Below are positions 56,901 through 64,000 of a stretch of DNA of 64,000 nucleotides, in pieces (the first letter of the stretch is position 1; every line of letters begins with the position of its first letter). A program made the translations under genes and the position numbers. Source of the stretch: Yuukianura sp. NJ FZ-2021 (lineage: Eukaryota); the NCBI GenBank assembly GCA_046563655.1, contig CM102290.1, positions 12,958,001 to 13,022,000 of the forward strand, read 5' to 3'. The notes below the pieces were generated by a model that was given only the letters and a program-made list of their open reading frames with translations, was not told the origin of the DNA and ran no database searches.

Positions 56901-57942
56901 TGCAAATTACTATTACAAAGTAATAGTAATCATAGTAACTAAACATCCCTTCCTTCTGCTTGTAGTATAAGCCGGTTTAAAAAAAGAGGCGTTTAACAAT
57001 ATCAAACGAGACCAGCAACAGTTTAATGCGGAAATCGAATCCGTTGTACACCGCACGGCCTGCTACAATCTGTTTTGCGGTTTCAACCTCATCCGCATGT
57101 TCCGAGTTATCAGTGTAGTAGGCACATATAACCGCGCGGCGCTGTGGGTGATCAATTACGATCGGTTAACGTTGAGGAAAATTGTATTTATTGTTACCAC
57201 CACCGGCTTAGTTACAACAAAAAAGGTTTTGCAATTACCAGAAAATCAAAAACTTAACTGGTGTTGAGATATGTTGCCAAAAATTTGTATCATATTGTAA
57301 ACCTTCGGCATTGCGGCAACAGAACTACACTTTGTGACTACAATTGGCATCGTTCAACCTTACCGCAACCGTGCAAGATGATGTAAAGTTAATCTATCGG
57401 ACTATGGGACGTACCGGCTGATTTGTGGCTTGTAGGGAATTCTTGTAGTTAGGTATTTTCTGTTCACTGTTTTTCAGTCTATAATTCGCTCGCATCGACA
57501 AATTAACTACCTCAATCAGCTGTTTCACTCAGGTACTAACTATTCAGTATTCGTATGCAGAAAGAAGAAAGCGAAATTCGTTGCTAAGACGTGCAGTGCT
57601 CAGGCAGGTAACATTACATAAAACCACCCATAAGTCGAGAATTGGCAAATTCGTGCCGGTTCGGGTAACTGTGCTCTGGGTTTGACTGGCCTTCGATTTT
57701 GTGCCATAAAAATCTGTAAGTTCTGGTGCTTTCCCGTGGAAAGCCACATAAAGAGATTCAATGTCATTTTATACGCTGTAGAGTATTTGAACAAGCCGTA
57801 CGGTATAGTTAATGATTGTTTGTATTTTTGTTTTTAAACTTACCAGTTGATATGAATCTAAACTTAGCAAAGTTCGGATGATCTGTATCTATACAGTACA
57901 TGCTTTCCTTTTATCTTAAATAGTTAACATCGTGGAGTCTGA

Positions 57943-60900
57943 ATGGCTTTATTGACGCGAGCGTTAAGTCGTTGTTACAAACAAGTAACACCACTTTTAT
58001 TCAGGTGAACTTATAGAGCACAATTTACTTAACCGGAAATGGGTCCTTCATAGTTGCTGAAAGTATGTGAAAACATTGTGGTCTATTTTTGAATCTACAG
58101 ATCTCTTCGCAGTGTTTCCTACAAGCCTGGTTTAAACATAACCACAACAATGCCGCCTACTGCGCCTTCCGTTGCAAGCGTCATATCGAACATTGTCAAG
58201 TCTCCTCGAGATGCCCGAGAGTATCGAGGGTAAGCCTAAGCTTTTGTAAACAGTTACTGTGAGTACTAGGAGAGAATTTTCAGTTGAATTTCCTTTCTTT
58301 TTACAGCCTTGTCATGGAAAACAAAATGAAAGTATTGCTGATTAGCGACCCAGTCACAGATATTTCCGCTGCAGGATTGTGCGTAGCTGCAGGTAACAAC
58401 TACCTGTATTCATTACATTCTAACTAAACTAAAACAAATAATTATTTTATAGTACATATATCTGTAATCTTCATTTATGGTTGTGGTTTTAATACCTTGG
58501 TTTGATTTAATACAGGCAGTATGCATGATCCGAAGGAATTGCCAGGTAAGAAACCGAAACATTATTAATTATAAGGCATAGTGCGGGAGACAAGTATTGA
58601 TTTACACACCAGCAGGATTCCAGCTAACTTTCGAATTTGATTTTGCAGGACTGGCTCACTTTCTGGAGCATCTATTGTTTTTGGGAACTGATTTCTCGAG
58701 CGAAGTTAACGAGTACAGTCGGTTTCTATCAGAACACGGCGGATACAGCAATGCATACACGGCACAGGACCACACTTGCTACTACTTTGATGTAGCACCC
58801 GAAGCGCTTCAAGGTGCTTTATTGAGGTAAGAAGACACCGAAAATGACTGACGCCAGTCATATCCAAGGTTTCAATAACATTCGAATACCATTTGCAGGT
58901 TCTCGAGATTCTTTATCCATCCTTTGTTTCTGGAAGAAATGACCGAGCGCGAAGTAAATGCAGTAAATTCTGAACACGAGAAGAACATCCCCAGCGATAG
59001 CTGGCGGATGCATCAACTAGAAGTGTCTTTGGCGAATCCAAACCATCCCTACTGCAACTTTGCTACTGGTACTACTGTTATTTCAGACGTGACTGACAAA
59101 ATGACATTATTTTGTACTCCTAATGTTTGAACTTAAGGAAATCGTGATACTTTATGGACCTTACCACGCGAAAAATCAGTCAACGTCCGACGGGCTGTCA
59201 TGGACTATTACGAATCAAAATACTCTGCAAACCTCATGAATCTCATTGTACTTGGGAAGGAAGGATTAGATGACCTTCAGAACATGGCTGAGGGCTTATT
59301 CCATGAAGTTGTCAATCGGAAACTTGAAATGCCGCGATGGCCGGAAAATCCTTATGGACCAAATGAAGTTCAACACCGTGTGGACGTGGTTCCTATCAAA
59401 GACATTCGCCAACTTCGCCTTATATTTCCGGTTATTGACGTTAGCGAAGACTACAAATCGTTGGTGAGCAATCTCATTCTTACGATTAGTTAAAGGATTT
59501 ACGTAGCAGTCAACCTTCCGAAATCATTTCGCCTATTTCATCAATTTCAGTCTGACGGGTATCTGTCGCATCTTATTGGCCATGAAGGAACTGGTTCTCT
59601 GTTGTCGTTGCTGAAAAAGCGGTCACTTGTGAACAACTTGTCAGCCGGCTCAACCGTTCTTTCTCGCGGGAACGCAGTGTTTAAGATTGACATGGAGTTG
59701 ACAGTAGAAGGATTGGAACGGGTCAATGAAATTGTTCTTCACGTCTTTCAGGTAACTGCTTAATACTAATTAGCAATAGGACTTCATTTACGACTTGGTT
59801 ATCTTGCAGTATTTGAAGCTCCTGCGGACCGCAAAACCACAAGAGTGGATTTGGAATGAAATTGTCCAACTTCATAAAATAAGCTTCGAGTACCAGGAGA
59901 AAGTGCGTCCACAGATGTACGTAGCGGGCCTTTCATCGGAATTACACGTAAGTTTACCGAAGTTTCTCTTAATAGTACAGCATTTTGGAAATAACTTTTT
60001 CGTCTTGTTTTTAGCGTTTGGACATGCCGGATGTTCTTTCACATGGCCTTTATTCGACGGAGTTTAAGCCATCGCAAATTACCGAGATTCTGGACAAAAT
60101 GACACCAGACAACTGCTTGTAAGTTCCAATAACGTCGATAACTTATTATAATGGCGTTATATGTACTTTGTAAACGAATCTTGTTAGCGTACTAATTCGT
60201 TTTTGTTGCGATTTCGTTCCATTCAGGCTCCTTGTGTCGGCTCAAGAATTTAAAAATAAAACTGAGAATGTTTTGACGGAACAGTACTACGGAATCCAAT
60301 ACACGAAGAGCAAGTTGGAGCCGACATTGATCAAAGTATGTCACAGCTTAAAGTCACTACGCTTAACACTAAACACATGTAACTTTTTAGGAATGGGAGA
60401 ACTGCGATATTCATGAGGAATTTAAGCTTCCTCTTCCAAATGCGTATATTCCAAACAAGTTGGAACTGAAGGAGAGAGACATTAAACAGGTGAAGTAATT
60501 AACTAAAATGGATGAAACAGGCAAGTAACTTCTAAAATTTTCTCTAGACTGGTGTAATTCCTCGGTTGCTAAAAGATGAAGGTCTATCTCGTGTCTGGTT
60601 TCTACAAGACAATGAGTTTAAACTTCCAAGAGGAGTCATTCGCGTGGAATTCTTCAGGTATGCCTACTGGAAGCATTTGATAAGAAATTGGCAAATTAAC
60701 TTTTGAAGCTGATTTGTATCGATTTGTTTCAGCCCTCTTGCTTATGCTGATGCACATCACGCCAACTTGAACTCAATGCTTGCAAGTGCAATAAAAGATG
60801 CTTTGACAGAAGAAGTGTATCCAGCTGCCCTGGCTGACTTACAATTCACAATTAGAAACACACATAACGGACTTGAGTTGCTGTTGAAAGGCTACGACGA

Positions 60901-62619
60901 CAAAATCTCAACGTTGATGGAAATCGTGCTGAAGAAAATCACTAACTTCACATTGACTCAAGAGCGGTTTGATGTACTCAAGGACTACATGGTCCGTGCT
61001 TTGAGAAACTGGGCTGACGAACAAGTTAGTAAAGTTCTAAATTCGTTGAAATAACTTTTTGTAAATATGCACAGACTAATTCTGGTTCCAGCCCTACATG
61101 CACGCTGTTTTCTACATCGACTATTTACTCCACAAAGAGAAGATTTCCCACACAGAGCGCTTGGAGAAGGCTCTTGAAGGTATGTCCTGGAACTTAATTT
61201 TTGTAGATTTGTGTACAATGGTAATAGATGACCTTCTTGCGTTTATATAGAAAACAAATTGACCTTGGAAGCTCTAAAGGAGTACGTTCAACAGTTTTTA
61301 GCTAAGCTAAAGTTCGAAATGCTCTTTTGCGGAAATTTCACTGAGCAGGTCAGTCCTTTTACTATTGTGCTTTTGATTTTCTACTGAGAGTTACGCTGAT
61401 TTTCATTACAGGATTCACTGGAACTAGTCAAGTCCTTTGAGAAATTCTTTGAAAACATCTCTACCCCACTTCCAAGCTCCGAGATTTTTCGAAACGTTGA
61501 AGTCAAGTTACCGGAAAGTAAGTCTAATCTAAAACGTAAACTGTTAGGCTAATGACACGACTAAAAACTAATTAATTTCATTCTATCTCTTAGATGCCAA
61601 CTTTTTGCTAACAACGGACCATAAAACGTCAGTTTCTTCGTGTGCTGCTGTCTACTTTCAGACAGGATTACAAAGCGATTTGGACAATGTGATCTTGGAG
61701 CTCATTGAATGTTAGTTGCAGAAAATTGACGGAATTTTAAGTATCTGAATGTACTAACTCATGTTCTGTTGTGGTTTTTGTAGCAATTGCAAGTGAACCC
61801 TGCTATAACCAACTTCGTACTAATGAGCAACTGGGGTACATCGTAGCTTCGCAAGTACGCAGATCTCATGGGACACAAGGACTCAAAGTTCTGGTTCAAA
61901 GTAATTTTCACCCAGCTCATGTGGATTCCAGGATTCATGCATTCCTAGAACAGTTTCGGGTAAGTTCAGAAACGTAAAAGCGGAATTGTGTCCGTTGTAA
62001 CCGCACTGTGTAGCTAATACATGCGTTCTTACTCTTTAGGTAGCGCTGGTAGAAATGACAGCTGAGCAATTCGAGAAGCATGTGAACAGCCTTTGTGTGA
62101 AGAAGTCGGAGAAGCCTAAGAAAATCAGTGAACGCGCTTTGCGCCTGTGGAACGAAATTAGTGCCCAGCATTACTACTTTGATCGTCAGGAGGTTGAGTT
62201 GGCTGTACTCAAGAACATCACCAAGGCTGATGTCATCGCATTCTACGAGGTAATTGTAGCAGTTCACGTTAACATTATTTCAGTTCAAATTTGAGTTTTT
62301 AACAAAACTTGGTTTCCCTAGAAACACATTCTGCAGGGAGGTGAGGGGAGAAAGCGGCTGGGAGTGCACGTAAAGTCCAGTCAGACTGAAAACAGTCTAC
62401 CATTGAGTGACGAGAGTGAAGCGGTCAGTGGCATTGAATTGTTCTCGAATGTTAAACTGTGTTACTGTTGTTACCTAATTTTTGTTACTGTGGTTTCATT
62501 TTTAGCATGTTTCTTCGGCAAAACCAATGGAAGTTCAAGACATCCCAGGATGGAAAAGTGCACAGGAGTTTTATCCCCCGGTGGATTCAAGTGCCGCACT
62601 ACTCAAGGCTAAATTGTAA
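57943..62619 (+). CDS. IDE: Insulin-degrading enzyme (insulysin, peptidase M16A)
   Basis: [26 protein letters not shown] (inverted HxxEH zinc motif), [34 protein letters not shown] and [12 protein letters not shown]. More than 20 GT-AG exons; C-terminus AKL-stop at 62617-62619. Confidence 0.97.
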
Positions 62620-63104
62620 AGAAAAACAAAATTCAATATAAATTCATATTCAAAGCGATATATATTGTTGTTTGTGGCCAATATAAGAATATAATATGTG
62701 CATAATGCATAATGTATTCATGTACTATAATGTAATGTGGTTTACATTGTTAAGTTTTTAGATCATTTTATTCAGATAGACATCAACCTTAATTCTTTAT
62801 TGTTGCACCTATTAAACCAGTGGTAATACTCACAACTTTTTAATACCAACGCTGGAGTGAAGACAGACATTTGGTTGTTCCGTGTATTCCGTATCAAAGT
62901 TTTGTTGAAATTACCAACGTAAAACGAACGTCCAGTGTTACATTGAATGCATAGATTTCATCCCAATGGTTGACTAGACGCGGACCTCAAATCTGAAAAA
63001 GCTACAGCCATCCTGACATCCGGAAAAAGTGCAATCAATGCTTCTCTGGAAACCTTCCGTTCTGGTTTTCGGAACAAGTGGAGACTGTGAAGATGTAAGA
63101 AAAG

Positions 63105-63338
63105 CAAGGTTCCTATAGTAACGAAATAGTTTTCCTTTAACAGGTTTGGCAATAAGTCATGTTTACGAAAAATCCCGACCCGAACAATTTTTTCCGCCAA
63201 TCCCATTTGATTACATATAAATAAATCACTGCCCTAGGAAGGCACGGTGAAGCAAGTATTGCTAATTTTTTAACAAAATTTAAAAAGGTATTGCCTAACC
63301 TGTTGAAGGAAAAACTATTTTCTTGTTTACGAACCTTG
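63105..63338. mobile_element. P-element-like MITE between the IDE and ST7 3' ends
   Basis: CAAGGTTC..aacaggtt ... aacctgtt..GAACCTTG; TSD not recognisable. Confidence 0.7.
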
Positions 63339-63703
63339 TTTCCCGCCAAGACCATTACGTTGGAACAGTGGAATTTTAGATGAATTTAATGAGGGTATTC
63401 ATTGGTATAAAAGAGTACGTGTCCGTAAAAGAGTTCCACATGAGTAAGCACTAATACTCATCCTGTGGTGACAGGGAAAGGGATGTCAAAGTTCGTTACG
63501 TTTTATAGATTCCGTTCATAAATATAACTCAATACACGCATAAAGCATAATACCGGAAACGTAATAAGGAAATGCTCGTTTAAGCTCCGATTACGTCGAC
63601 AGCATACCACTTACTGTAATACAACCTCGGAATGCTTAGCAGAATTATATTGGCCTATGATAAGCTAGGTCAGGATGTTGTTGAAACTGGAGACGCCGTG
63701 GAT

Positions 63704-64000
63704 TTAAACACGGGATAGCAAGTGTGTCAAACTTGATGGCAACACGGCTTCAGCTTTGTCCAGCATGTAAACAATTGGTAAGGACAGCCACCCCACACCC
63801 TATCGTATGAAAAACAATATGAAACCGGAGTAACACAAAAATAATGTGTAGTATTACAAAAATAGTTGCAGAAACTTACTGTTTTCGCAATGATCGCCAT
63901 ATGATCCGGGTACTGATGAGTAAGAAAAGCGATAATTGCAGTGAAAGTACACAAACCTGCAGTGAACATAATGAAGAATGGAGTCTCTCGCTCAGGGAAC
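63704..64000 (-). CDS. ST7: C-terminal two exons of a suppressor of tumorigenicity 7 homolog
   Basis: [40 protein letters not shown] | [31 protein letters not shown] matches the recalled ST7 C-terminus (ELPFFILFTAGLC..LLTHQFP..LPSSLW). Intron ~63801-63879. Confidence 0.88.

Overview
This is eukaryotic, AT-rich, intron-rich invertebrate DNA, probably from an arthropod: most introns are short GT-AG, and there are no operons, rRNA or CRISPR. Gene order is: 3' end of a GPAT1/GPAM-like acyltransferase (+); a secreted protein with ~35 tandem copies of a ~62-aa Gln/Ala/Glu/Tyr unit fused to two C-terminal fasciclin (FAS1) domains (-); RalGPS (+); an EGF + multi-TM + RINGv protein (-); a CUB-domain trypsin-like protease (-); an EGR/stripe zinc-finger factor flanked by long gene-poor, MITE-rich DNA (-); a small Lys/Arg/Ser-rich basic ORF (-); insulin-degrading enzyme (+); and the 3' end of ST7 (-). 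The best candidate for an undescribed system is the giant repeat-FAS1 protein, a possible adhesive or structural matrix protein, although the array carries a stop and a frameshift in this sequence. Also notable are a diverse set of P-element-like MITEs with 8-bp target duplications, a ~410-bp foldback element, and an apparent GA-AG intron next to the protease catalytic serine. Exon boundaries were read by eye and family calls come from recalled motifs, not database searches.
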